From NCBI RefSeq assembly GCF_006345805.1, contig NC_043004.1, positions 39,432,001 to 39,496,000 on the forward strand: a stretch of DNA of 64,000 bases, given 5' to 3'. The position numbers and the translations under genes are program-made. The stretch comes from Octopus sinensis (taxonomy: Eukaryota). Below the pieces are notes generated by a model. The model saw only the letters and a program-made list of their open reading frames with translations, did not search any database and was not told where the DNA came from. Shown here piece by piece: positions 1-12,033 of this stretch. Each line of letters begins with the position of its first letter. The first letter of the stretch is position 1.

Positions 1-62
<62 letters not shown>

Positions 63-111
63 CAGTGAAAAGTATTCATTGATTTAGGTCGAATTTGTTT
101 CAGATCAAATA

Positions 112-252
112 TTAGGTTGTCCCAAAAGTTCGTAAACACTTGCGAAAATTGAATTTTTACTCGCCAAGTACTAACAAAAACAACAAAAATTATTCCTCAA
201 AATAAAGACCATTATTTTCCAAGACTTTCTACGAACTTTTGGGACAACCTTA
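112..252. mobile_element. Tc1/mariner-type MITE (~141 bp)
   Basis: Perfect 20-bp TIR AGGTTGTCCCAAAAGTTCGT (114-133) / ACGAACTTTTGGGACAACCT (231-250). Flanked by TA on both sides (110-111, 253-254). TTAGGTTG terminus is mariner-like. Confidence 0.8.
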
Positions 253-286
253 TATAATTATTTCTATGATAATTTTGTTCACAAGG

Positions 287-470
287 TCAGCGATTTTGAT
301 GGGATGGAGTAGTCGATTCTAGCCACTCTAATATTCCACTGCTGCTGTTTTATCGACCCCAAGGGGATAAAATGTACGGTCACTCTTGACAACATTTGAA
401 CTCAGAACGTAAGCGAGCCAAACGAAATACCCCTAAGCAATGTCTCCAGTGTGATAACGATTCTGCCACA
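287..470 (-). mobile_element. Degenerate tRNA-derived SINE (family C)
   Basis: Diverged reverse-complement match to the GGCGGCGAGCTGGCAGAAACG...GAGTTCAAATT...CATCCTTTCGGGGTCGATAAA family seen >20 times in the window. Confidence 0.6.
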
Positions 471-864
471 AATATATTAAAGTAAAATATAGCGAGAATA
501 AGTTAGAACCAATCATATTTCAAAAGCATTGCAGCCTGTAATCAACACATGTGGAAGAAGCCTCTACATGGTTAATTGATATGCTAGAAGTATCAGGATA
601 ATATACCTCAAATCCCAATGTGTCGTCTTAATGAAAATACAAAGGAAGAATTTTGTTGGTTTAATATAGAGTTAGATGAGTATTTCCATAATAACAAGGA
701 AAGAAAAGGTGGTGTTTACTGGCTGGAACCCTATTTTATCACCAGTCTACTCGGTCTGGTCTGATGGAGCTAAATACTAAAAACAGCATAAAACATCAAG
801 TAACATATGTCCGTACATGCCAAACTTCTAATATACTGACTTGCCAACAAGTGTTAATTTAAGT

Positions 865-1288
865 GGATCTTTTCGGTTTGAACGGCAGTTTTTAACATAA
901 TTTCTAGGTAACTAAAAAATTTTAAACTTCCTATACTGGTAGAATGTGTTTATAAAACATCTTTTTCTCTTGGCTTTATTGAGAAAATTCTATAGTTTGT
1001 AAGATATTTGTTGTTTTTTTTTTCTTCAATTTCTGCAATTTCAACCAATCAGTGACGTCTATTGAGTTAAAAAGCATTCTGTGCCGTATGGATATGTCCC
1101 TCGTTTAAGAAACATATTGGGTGTATTTACATTTGTGAAGAAAAAAGATACCCTTCTCCCCACCCCTAACCCTAACCCTAACCCTAAAAGAGATTGAAAT
1201 GCAATAGATCGGTTCTAGGGTCATAATTATGGGTGACAATTTCATATGACACCGCTAGAAAAAACTGCCGTTCAAACAGAAAATATCC
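865..1288. mobile_element. MITE with GGATC termini, 8-bp TSD and internal (CCCTAA)n, copy 1
   Basis: TIR GGATCTTTTCGGTTTGAACGGCAGTTTTT / AAAAACTGCCGTTCAAACAGAAAATATCC. TSD ATTTAAGT at 857-864 and 1289-1296. CCCTAA x3-4 near 1164-1187. Confidence 0.85.
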
Positions 1289-1377
1289 ATTTAAGTGGCT
1301 ATGGGGGCTGTGTGAATTAGTAGCTAAATATACATGAAATGACACCTCCAACATCTCATGAAGCATTTGAAAAACGA

Positions 1378-1515
1378 CGATGGATTCCATATTTATTCAT
1401 ACTCTCTGACAGATTCGAATGTGAAGATGCGAATCGCTGGTGTGTTACGTCACAGGAAAAGAATTCTTTTACGACAAGTATATATTCACAGCACAGTTGA
1501 TTCACTAGTGCAAGG
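1378..1515. repeat. Diverged ~140-nt structured repeat, copy 1 of 3
   Basis: Shares CGATG..CATATTTATT, TCACAGG, CTTTT, CACA and GCAA blocks with 1682-1824 and 3942-4080. Confidence 0.7.
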
Positions 1516-1681
1516 GCTTGTGAGACACCCCTTGTTTGGACCTTGTTGCGTCTCACTAATGAAAGGCAACCCGAATCAATGAATCTAAGAGGAGTACTCG
1601 ACTTTGTGTATAACAAATTAATTTCTTACTAATATTTACCAACCGTCGATAAATCATCATATTCACGGTGGAAAATCAAAA

Positions 1682-1824
1682 CGATGACTTGCATATTTAT
1701 TCTAAACGAATTTCCCAGCAGATTCGAACGTGAATATGATAATCGCTGTAGTGTTTGATCACAGGCGAACAACTCTTTTAAGACGAACGTGTATTCATGT
1801 CACAGACGTTTCATTGGCGCAAGG
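1682..1824. repeat. Diverged ~140-nt structured repeat, copy 2 of 3
   Basis: Collinear match to 1378-1515, with the indel confined to the first hairpin loop. Confidence 0.7.
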
Positions 1825-2991
1825 AAAACGTTGTTCCCGATACGCATGCATCTTTGCTGGCAAGTCTACTCAATGATATCTGACCTTGAAATAAACGAAA
1901 ACTGATAAAGTGAAGGAACGTTTTTTTTTTTTTTCACTCCTAACGATCCAATGAGTATCTCGTCCCCTATAGTTTTTTATTGGATGATCCCATCGAAGCA
2001 AAAGTAAGGTATGTCAGTAGAAAGGACTCTAATATCACCATCTCTTAACGATCACTTCTATCAGACTCACACACACCACACACACACACGCACGCACGCA
2101 CGCATACACATACACACATATACGTTACATATACACACATACAACTGAATATCACAAGGAACGCACTTAGAAAATAACTATAAGATAATATGGAAAAAAT
2201 TCCTTGTTTTTATGTTGTTTTCGTGTTATACTTCCTTTATTTATTATTATACCGTTTTTATTTTATATTTATATTGTATCATTTTTTGTTATATTTACAT
2301 TCTTTACATTTTTTATATTTTATGTTTATTTTGTATTTTTTATATTTTATGTCATATTGTTCGTATCATTTTTGAGTTTGATATTGTTTTGATTATGTCC
2401 TGGATATATGTTTATTCTCTTTATATTCGAAATTCAAATCCCAGAGAAGGTGGCTTTGCTTTTCATCTCCCTCTTGGGCTGATAGAGTTAGCACCATTAA
2501 GACACCATTATCACATTGATGGCTACAATGTTTCTTACTTTGAAATGAATATGTCTGTAATACTGGGTCAAAAACTTAGCACGCGAATACCTCATTCATC
2601 ATATATACATACATACATACATACATACATACACACATGCATACATGCATATATACATGCACGCATACATACACACGTACATATATACATACGTATATAG
2701 ATACACACAAGCATACATATATGCATGCGTACATACACGCATGCAAACCTACATATATACATACGTACATACAGACATGTATACACAGCACTAGATAGAA
2801 CAACCCTGTTTATGTTGCTGAAATTCCAATGAATGAGTGTTGGATCTAGGTCAGGAGCCAGCTCTTTTCGCAATTGGCGAGAAATCTTGAAATGAAGTTA
2901 AATAATAGCATACACACATACATGCATGCATATATGCATACATGCAAAACATACGTACATACTTATAAAAATCTATATATACATACATATA

Positions 2992-3428
2992 GGCGTAGGA
3001 GTGGCTGTGTAGTAAGTAGCTTGCTTAAGAACCACATTGTTCCGGGTTCAGTCCCACTGAGTGGCACCTTGGGCAAGTGTCTTCTACTATAGCCTTGGGC
3101 CGACCAAAGCCTTGTGAGTGGGTTTGGTAGATGGAAACTGAAAGAAGCCCGTCGTATATATGCATATATATGTATGTATATATGTGTGTGTATGTGTTTG
3201 TGTGTCTGTATTTGTCCACCCCCCCCCAACATCGCTTGACAACTGATGCTGGTGTGTTTACGTCCCCGTAACTTAGCGGTTCGGCAAAAGAGACCTATAG
3301 AATAAGTACTAGGCTTACAAAGAATAAGTCCTAGGGTCGATTTATTTGCTCGACTAAAGGCGTTGCTCCAGCATGGCCACAGTCAAATGACTGAAACAAG
3401 TAAAAGATTAAAAAAAAGAGAAGAGTAA
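2992..3428 (+). mobile_element. Composite tRNA-derived SINE (family A/B, CORE-like domain, internal TA/TG microsatellite)
   Basis: Head with A box (TGGCTGTGTAGTAAG) and B-box-like GGGTTCAGTCC. CACCTTGGGCAAGTGTCTT resembles the CORE domain. Conserved 3' body ends in an A/G-rich tail. Confidence 0.85.
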
Positions 3429-3941
3429 TACTGAGATAGATAGGCAAGCAGACAGACAAACTGACTGACAGACGGTTGGATGGATGGGGGGATAGTTAGA
3501 TAGATAGACAGACAGACAGACAAATAGACAGGTAGATTATTAGTAGCGCTTTAAGGGATAGTTTAGAACACGTAATTATATAGTCACAAGTTAAATATTA
3601 TCAAGCTTTTTATCTACTTTATTACCGTCAACTCTGTTGCAAGCATTTAAATAAAGACTATGGTTCGAGGATAATTCCTTCCCTTCTCCCTCATAGTCAA
3701 GGGAACCCAGAAAGGGGTCCAGATTACGTCTGCTTTTTTCGAACTAAAGCATTAAAACACCCAAAAACACTTATACAACGAGAGAATAATTGAGTGGAAA
3801 AGGAAATGAATATAGGTGAAAATTACGGAAGATACCGAAAGGGATTGCAATTGTTTTAAAAGAACAAAACTTAATAAAAAGAACAAAAAATGTGAATGAG
3901 TGGCAAAAATATTGTTTTTTAATGTATTTGGAATACTGAAA

Positions 3942-4080
3942 CGATGGTCTGCATATTTATTTTTGATACGTTCCGCTAGTTTCTAACGTAAATATGTTAG
4001 TCACTATTGTGTATGTCACAGGAGAACAACTTTTGACGACGACGGTGTGTGCATAACACAATCGGCTCGTTGTTGCAAAC
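3942..4080. repeat. Diverged ~140-nt structured repeat, copy 3 of 3
   Basis: CATATTTAT/GTAAATATG stem and TCACAGG motif shared with copies 1-2. Confidence 0.65.
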
Positions 4081-4412
4081 GATTCTGGGACATCAGTGTC
4101 TCGACATGCAATGTCTCAGCAACAAGCGCCCCCTGCCCGGACTCTTAAGCCTAGACAAGAAAATATAGTAACGATATCGAAAACAATTGAAAACCTTGTT
4201 GTAGACCATTGGATACCTCCAAAATAACTGAAAATACCTAAACATTGGCACAAAGATTGATCAGGACTAGAAAAAGATTTATAGATATACGAGGAGAAAT
4301 CTAGTGAAAGAAATACTTCACTTTCACGTAAGAGAACTGGACACGATGCTAAAAACTTAAAATGATAGAATAAGAGAGTTAACTAAGACAAAATATTCAA
4401 TTGAAAACTGTC

Positions 4413-4790
4413 TTACTCTTTTACTCTTTTACTCTTTTATTTGTTTCAGTCATTTGACTGCAGCCATGCTGGAGGACCGCCTTTAGTCGAGCAAATAGAC
4501 CCCGGGACTTATTCTTTGTAAGCCCAGTACTTATTCTATCGGTTTCTTTTGCCGAACCGCTAAGTGACGGGGACGTAAACACACCAACATCGGTTGTCAA
4601 GCAATGCTAGGGGGGCAAACACAGACACACAAACACACATACATATATATATACATATATACGACGGGCTTCTTTCAGTTTCCGTCTACCAAATCCACTC
4701 ACAAGGTATTGGTCAGCTCGGGGCTATAGCAGAAGACACTTGCCCAAGATGCCACGCAGTGGGACTGAACCCGGAACCATGTGGTTGGTT
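4413..4790 (-). mobile_element. Family A/B SINE, head slightly truncated
   Basis: Reverse complement of the 2992-3428 family, with (TTTTACTC)n tail. Confidence 0.85.
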
Positions 4791-4869
4791 AATATTCTTT
4801 TACCTTTTATGGTTTAAATGTTTCAGTCACTGAACTGCAGCCATGTTGAATATGTGTGTGTTGTCGCGC

Positions 4870-5100
4870 GCAGTGTGTGTGTGTATGTGTTTGTGCTTGT
4901 TTTTGTCTCTCACCACTGCCTGAGAACTATTGTTGGTTTGTTTACAATCCGTAACTAAGCGGTGCTGCAAAAGAACCGATAGAATAAGTACCAAATTGAC
5001 AAAATTAAGAATCGGGATTAATTTGTTTGACTAAAACCCTTTAAGGTGGTGCCCCAGCATGGCCGCAGATCAATGACAGAAACGCGTAAAGAAAAGAAGA
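4870..5100 (+). mobile_element. Diverged family B SINE body
   Basis: GATAGAATAAGTACC...GACTAAA...GGTGGTGCCCCAGCATGGCCGCAG motif series. Confidence 0.65.
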
Positions 5101-6660
5101 AAACATAATGTCAGAAAAATATATTATGGAAAAGACTGGAAAATAAAGAAGAATCTGAAGATTTGACAATATGGGAAATTAAAGTAGTTGAGCATTTTTT
5201 TAAACAGAAATGGTAAACAAGATGGATTTAAACAAGATGGATAGAAATAGCTAATTGGGAAGATTTGGAAAATAAAGTGTTAAAACAACGAAAACTGCTG
5301 TTAAAATAATGAATATATTTTAGAATGGTTGAAAAGACTTGAAGGAACTGAAAATAATAAATAAATAAATAAATGAATGAATAAATAAATAAATTGGAAA
5401 TGACAGAAAAGCTAAAACAATGTTAAAAGGATATAAAAGTTACTGAAAACTGCCGTAAATGACTTAAAGGAATTTGAAACGTAATTAAAAAAAAAAGGGG
5501 GGGAAAAGTAAAAGGCTAGAGGCAGGATAAGAGTAACTGAAAACACGGAATAACCGAAAGGGATTTGCAAGAAAATTAAATGAGGTGAAAATCCTTTAAA
5601 AAGGGGATTGAAGAAAATGGTGAACCATCAACGACTAGGATGAACAGTATTCAAATTATCAGTTCTGAAACACACAAAATACATAAGTTGTACTATTTCG
5701 AAAATAAATGTAATGCTCTTTACGGATACGAAATTCCTTGAAAAGAGCTGAAAACTGAAAAAACAATTTACAAGACTGAATGTAGGTTAAAGAGACAAGC
5801 TGAAAATTCTTGAGAAATTTATGATAGGTCTTGACTTTTACACCCTGAATTTCCTTTAAGAAATTTAGGCTTTGGTTATACTACCTTGTTCTTTTTTTGT
5901 TGTTGTTTTTCTTGTTACTTCTGTTGTTGTTTTTTTTTTTTGCTGGTGATACTGTTAGTGATGATGGTCGTGGTGATGGCAATTTAGCAATTTGATATAA
6001 AAATGTGCTCTTGCCAACTGGAATTATACCATCTATTTTCCTAATACTCAGTAAAGAAACGCATGATAGTACAGGCATCCTACCGACTTTCACTTTGTCC
6101 ATTAGCAATAGCAGGACATAGCAGAGATATTTTAGCAGCTAATGACAACGAACATCACATGTATGCAGTAATGAATGAGCAGACAAATGGATATGACGTA
6201 TGATGTATGATGTACGAATGTTTATATAACAGACTTCCTCGAGGCTCATGACGATCAAGCCAACAAACTATGTCAAATTAATTTTTCAGAGTTACAAGGT
6301 CTGCTTCCCGAGATCGCCAACCAGACAACCGACTACAAATGAAATACAGGCAGTCTCCATCCCTAAGTCGACGCAGAAATTAAAGCAGCATGTAAAAATA
6401 TTGTTGAAGATATTTTTATAAGTGATTTTGTCTTTAAATAACGAATTAAATGTTTATTCTTTAGTTATTTTGTTTGTTTTAGCTATAATTAGTCAAAACC
6501 ATGTTGGAGCCCTTGTATGTATGTATGTATGTATGTATGTATGTATGTATGTTTTTACTAATTGAACTTCTAAACGCGCAGAGAGAAGAATGTACCAGCG
6601 ACTAAGTGATCGATGATGGTTCGTATTTCATCTTTGCCACAAGCAAACTGTAAATAATAG

Positions 6661-7065
6661 GCGTAGGCGTAGGAGTGACTGTGTGGTGAGTAGCTTGCTT
6701 ACCAACCACAAAGTTCCGGGCTCAGTCCTACTGCGTGGCACCTTGGGCAAGTGTCTTCTACTATAGCCTTGGGCCGACCAAAGCCTTGTGAGTGGATTTG
6801 GTAGACGGAAACTGAAAGAAGCCCGTCGTATATATGTATATATATATATATTTGTGTGTTTGTGTGTCTGTGTTTGTCCCCCCAATATCGCTTGACAACC
6901 GATACTGGTGTGTTTACGTCCCCGTAACCTAGCGGTTCGGCAAAAGAGAACGATAGAATAGTACTAGGCTTACAAAGTCCTGGGGGCGATTTTCTTCGAC
7001 TAAAGGCAGTGCTCCAACATGGCCACAGTCAAATGACTGAAACAATTATAAGAGTAAAGAGTAAA
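6661..7065 (+). mobile_element. Family A/B SINE
   Basis: Full head, CORE-like domain, microsatellite, body and tail. Confidence 0.85.
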
Positions 7066-7894
7066 ATAGCAACCATGGTTAAGAGAGAAGCAAGAAAAGC
7101 GATTATATCTGCTGGATTAAAATAATCCTAAGTCTTGATCGTAAAAGAAGCATTCACATTACCGATCGCTTTATTCAAAGAGAATAAAATACGAATGAAT
7201 CCAATCCAGAAAATATCTAAAATATTAATAAAAGACGATAATAAAGATGGGATATTTAGACTGAAAGAATTTTACATGATCGAGATGGATCAAAATTTGG
7301 CATCCCATCTAAAGTATAAGAAAAGGGAGACGCCTCAGAGTCTGAGGTAACAAATGATTTTGGGCAATTTCCTTTTTTTAAATAAACAATAAGATATGTA
7401 TGTGCCATGATGTGACGAGCAACCTCACGTTTTAACAAGGCTTTCTTTGAATAAAAGTGTGGGTATCATTTGTTGTGTGCACGACAAATAAATTGAGATT
7501 AAAATGTCTGTCGACATACTGTATTTTTAGACGTATTTTTGTTGTACTGTATTGTACACTTCGAACAAATAGTTTTCCCCTAGAAGAAGGATTCAGCCTG
7601 ATACGTCTAATCTTACCTCGCTTTTACAGCACACGAGCCGAACCTAACTTATTTCGTAAGTTTTATGAAGTGCCGTTATTCTGTACATCGTTTAACAATT
7701 AACAGACTTGCTAAACTACTAGTAGACTCGGTAGCAGAACAGACATGGACATGTGGGAACGACGAGATGGGTGACGTACTAACAATAAAATAGTTATAGT
7801 TATGTTACGAAAGCGTTGTATTAACAAAATGTAGTTTGGACATTATAGCATTCTTAAACTACGCCTTATATTTAAGAGTAGATTTCTAAATGTA

Positions 7895-8112
7895 TCTCTT
7901 TACTCTTTACTCTTTTACTTGTTTCAGTCATTTGATTGCGGCCATGCTGGAGCACCTCCTTTAGTCGAGCAAATCGACCCCGGGATTTATTCTTTGTAAG
8001 CCCAGTCCTTATCTTATCGGTCTCTTTTGCCGAACCGCTAAGTGACGGGGACGAAAACACACCAGCATCGGTTGTCAAGCAATGCTAGGGGGGACAAACA
8101 CAGACACACACT

Positions 8113-8202
<90 letters not shown>

Positions 8203-8378
8203 CATACATATATACGACGGGCTTCTTTCAGTTTCCATCTACCAAATCCAGTCTCAAGGCTTTGGTCGGCCCGAGGCTATAGTAGAAGACACTTGCACAA
8301 GATGCCACGCAGTGGGACTGAACCCGGAACCATGTGGTTGATAAGCAAGCTTCTTACCACACAGCCACTCCTGCACCT
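7895..8378 (-). mobile_element. Family A/B SINE with expanded internal (TA)n
   Basis: Reverse-complement full copy with ~90-bp TA run at 8116-8205. Confidence 0.85.
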
Positions 8379-8681
8379 GTCTTTTATGTCTTCTATTCAT
8401 GGGAATTCAGCTTGCTTTTAAAGTTGAGTCAGTACGCTATTAATAAAACATCGTATCTATTCACATCTATAGTCAACATCCTATTCAATCCCTGAGGAAT
8501 GTTCTTATGATTCCCAGAAACAGCACAAGTCATATTTCTGATTACTGATGAAACTTGATTATTTTTTACTAAAGGTCCGGTATTAGTAACATCAGCACTA
8601 CTAATGTTGTTATAGTGACGCTCTGGAAGAATCGTTAATGCATCGAAAAATGCTTGGCAGTATTTCTTCCGATACATCACA

Positions 8682-9193
8682 TCTATATATATAAAACTGT
8701 AGTTGTGTGAGTGTCTGTCCCCTTCGATTTAGATTCCTAACTACTCCCACATTTTGCGGTGCAGTTTAACCAAATTCGGGTATCTTATAGTCGTGATTCA
8801 TATCGAGCCCGTCTGAGTATTAGCGCGCGTCTACGATGAGTCTACGATTTTAAAAATAATTTAACATAATTTTTTATTCCATTTTAATGCATAATTTTTC
8901 GTGTGTCGATGGCGGCGGAGTTGGCGTCCATGGTCACACCTGCATCTGTTTTCTTCTCCCTCTTCTTCCCCCCTCGTGAAGCTGTGGGGAAGGGAGTGTA
9001 AGGAAATCAACGTCGTAAAGCGTTGTCAAGGAGACCAGCGTTCTTTTAGAACAACGACTTCATGCCTTGAAGACACCAAAACAGAAATGGCTAAGAAAGC
9101 CCGATTTGGCATCTATAAGGGAAGTAACTCTCTAAAAATGTTTATATAGTTATTTCCCTTACAAACCCGAGCAACGCCGGGCGATACTGCTAG
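8682..9193 (+). mobile_element. Non-autonomous Helitron (512 bp)
   Basis: Starts A|TCTATATATATAAAA and ends with hairpin CCCGAGCAACGCCGGG then CGATACTG-CTAG|T. Inserted between A and T with no TSD. Confidence 0.85.
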
Positions 9194-9563
9194 TTTTAAA
9201 CTAAAAATTTTCTCTTCATGACTTCGTAGTCGATAAAGTAGAGTATTAGTCAAGTACTGGAGTCTATGTAATTATTATGAGCAATCATCACGATTAATGC
9301 CATTATTTATGTGCTACTGAGGCGAATACAATCATCGCGATTAATACCGTCAGCATCATTATCATCATTTCCCTTAGTCGTTTCCCCCAGTCATACATTA
9401 CACATCTATTTGCATCTTACTGCGTGTGAGAAATTGCATTGTCCACGTGGGTGAATAATATATCTTTTTCTGGTGAATTATTTTGTACACTGTACAGCCG
9501 GAATACAGTTGTGGCTATCTGCTAGTTTCCATCTATTGATCGTTCGTAATATGTAGGGGCATT

Positions 9564-9931
9564 AAGGCGGCGAGCTGGCAGAAACGTTAGCACGCCGGGC
9601 GAATTGCTTAGCGGTATTTCGTTTGCCGTTACGTTCTGAGTTCAAATTCTGCCGAGGTCAACTTTGCCTTTCATCTTTTTGGGGTCGATTAAATAAGTAC
9701 CAGTTACGCACTGGGGTCGATATAATCGACTTAATGCGTTTGTCTGTCCTTGTTTGTCCTCTCTGTGTTTAGCCCCTTGTGGGTAGTAAAGAAATAGGTA
9801 TTTCGTTCTGAGTTCAAATTCCGCCGAGGTCGACTTTGCCTTTCATCCTTTTGGGGTCGATAAATTAAGTAGCAGTTGCCTACTGGGGTTGATCTAATAG
9901 ACTGGATCCTTTCCCCAAGAGTAGAAAAGAT
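9564..9931 (+). mobile_element. Family C SINE with partial second unit
   Basis: tRNA-like head and CTTTGCCTTTCATCCTTT..GGGGTCGAT core. 14-bp TSD TATGTAGGGGCATT (9550-9563, 9932-9945). Confidence 0.85.
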
Positions 9932-10836
9932 TATGTAGGGGCATTTATAACGGATTGAAGTGGGCAATTTTTAAACTTCTTTCGTATATTTTATTCTATG
10001 AATTTCTTTTTTGTATTTGGTTTGCAAGATTCTTTATGTGAATTCGTGTGTTGAAACAAATTTTGTTGTGCCTAGGGAGAGTGATTATGTCAATATAATT
10101 AACATACGCATCGGTTCAATTCCACTCCTTTATTAATCATTGAAAATGTTGCAAGTAGCAACGAAAAAGTTTTGACAGACAAAAACAAAATAAATTAAAC
10201 GATTGATTGGTTAGTTGAGTATTTAACCAAATAATTGACTAATATTAACGCAGTGGAATTAAACCAATGCGTGTGTTTATTATATTGGCGTAATGACTCT
10301 CTTTAGACACAACAAAATTTTCTGTATTGTCGCTGTCTTCAGCTTTGTAGCAACGATCTGTCTTTGTTACCCTTCTTAAATGTTGACCGTGTGTTTCCAA
10401 ATAAAAGATTTAAACAAAATGCATATTTTGAAAGCAATAAAATTTGTTTGAAAAAAATACTGGTTTACTATAGTCAAAGTCTGTCAGGTTTCATTAATAG
10501 CCAGAAACACAGCTTGTTACTTCGGAAAAACAATCATATTCTGTAGAGACTAAACAAGAAGTTGGCGGTGCACGTTAATAGAAAGAATGTATCAGCAACA
10601 GCTTACGAACTTAACCAGAATTTATGCTTTGGTTTGCTGTCAATAAATAAATACTATAGGCCCTTAGCGGATTGCTTTGACCGTAGTACTAATGGTGTTG
10701 GACACTTATGACTACCAGTTCTTTAAAACTAATTTTAACAGACTGAAAATTATCTTGTGTATTTCTTCTGTTTTTATTTGAAGGAATATCTTTCGACTGT
10801 GAAAAAGAAAAGAAATGTTTACAGGGAGAAGGAAAT

Positions 10837-10837
10837 G

Positions 10838-10887
<50 letters not shown>

Positions 10888-11129
10888 ACAGATAGACAGG
10901 TAGATAGATAGATAAGTTTCTTTATTGGCCACACAGGGCTGCACACAGATGGGACAAGTTACAAGGTAGAGCTTTTCTTTTGAGGGATGAAAAAAACAAA
11001 AAACAAAAGAAAAAAAAGGGGGGTGGCGTAGGTTTTCGATCAAGAGGGATCGTAAAAGGGAAGAAAAGAACAAAAAAAAATAAATAAAATAAAAAATAAA
11101 AAGAATAAATAGATAGATAGATAGATAGA
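10837..11129 (-). mobile_element. 3'-UTR fragment of the Tx1-like LINE between two (GATA)n arrays
   Basis: 10915-11070 matches 22936-23090 (GTTTCTTTATT.GCCACACAGGGCTGCACACAGAT...CAAGGTAGAGCTTTTC). GATA runs at 10837-10914 and 11109-11129. Confidence 0.75.
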
Positions 11130-11618
11130 CAGACAGAAAAACTGAAGGAGATAGAAAAGGATAAAAAAAGATCGAAAAGGAGGAGAGAAATAAAGAAGGT
11201 AAGTTGCCTATCATCTAAACTATATGTTTACTGAAAATACTTAAAAAGGAATATTTCTAATACATAAGTTCCATTGATGTAAGCAACGCGAAAGTTACTT
11301 GCCGTTATCAATCAATCAACATTTTTTTTACAAGACATTTCCAGAGATCAGTGTGTGAAATTATGGAAGCTGTGGTATTCTGTAGCACTTTGAAAAATGA
11401 TTCTTGCAAACCTCCTTCAGAACTATTAATATCAAATTCTCGTAAGACTAACCTTCTACATAGGCTGACGGAAAAGAGAAACAAAAAAAAAATGGCCAAG
11501 ATGATTACTTTCATTGATAACAATGTTGTTGATAGTGATTGTGGTGGCGTCCATGTTAGTGGGGTGATATTCTGTTGCTTATCGTTTATGCTTTCCTTGG
11601 TCAGAACTTGCGGTAACC

Positions 11619-12033
11619 TATTTCTTTATTACCCACAAGGGGCTAAACACAGAGGGGACAAACAAGGACAGACATAGGTATTAAGTCGATTACATCGACC
11701 CTAGTGCGTAACTGGTACTTAATTTATCGACCCCGAAAGGATGAAAGGTAAAGTCGACCTTGGCGGAATTTGAACTCACAACTTAACGCAGACGAAATAC
11801 CTATTTCTTTATTACCCACAAGGGGCTAAACACAGAGGAGACAAACAAGGACAGACATAGGTATTAAGTCGATTACATCGACCCCAGTGCGTAACTGGTA
11901 CTTAATTTATCGACCCCGAAAGGATGAAAGGCAAAGTCGACCTCGGCGGAATTTGAACTCACAACTTAACAGACAAAATACCGCTAAGCATTTCGCCCGG
12001 CGTGCTAACGTTTCTGCCAGCTGCCAGCTCGCC
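11619..12033 (-). mobile_element. Family C SINE, dimeric
   Basis: Two ~180-bp body units. 13-bp TSD ACTTGCGGTAACC (11606-11618, 12034-12046). Confidence 0.85.

Noticed and set aside
1164-1187. (CCCTAA)n as a chromosome end
   Set aside because: Only 3-4 units, internal to a MITE. The same applies near 49850, 50120 and 53255.
1356-1616. Minus-strand reading KEFFSCDVTHQRF as a degenerate C2H2 zinc finger; plus-strand DSNVKMRIAGVL as a coding repeat
   Set aside because: The second Cys and His ligands are missing, and indels between the copies break frame on both strands.
2190-3232. Many ORF-track entries rich in YI, CV, HT, LS or IH repeats (here and throughout the window)
   Set aside because: They are translations of TA, TG, CT, GATA and TATG microsatellites or SINE text.
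5881-6108. LMDKVKVGRMPVL as MFS motif A
   Set aside because: No supporting splice sites, and the ORF runs into low-complexity sequence.
8429-8680. 83-aa ORF as a host exon
   Set aside because: No splice signals; at most a faint RT-like (PQG) relic.
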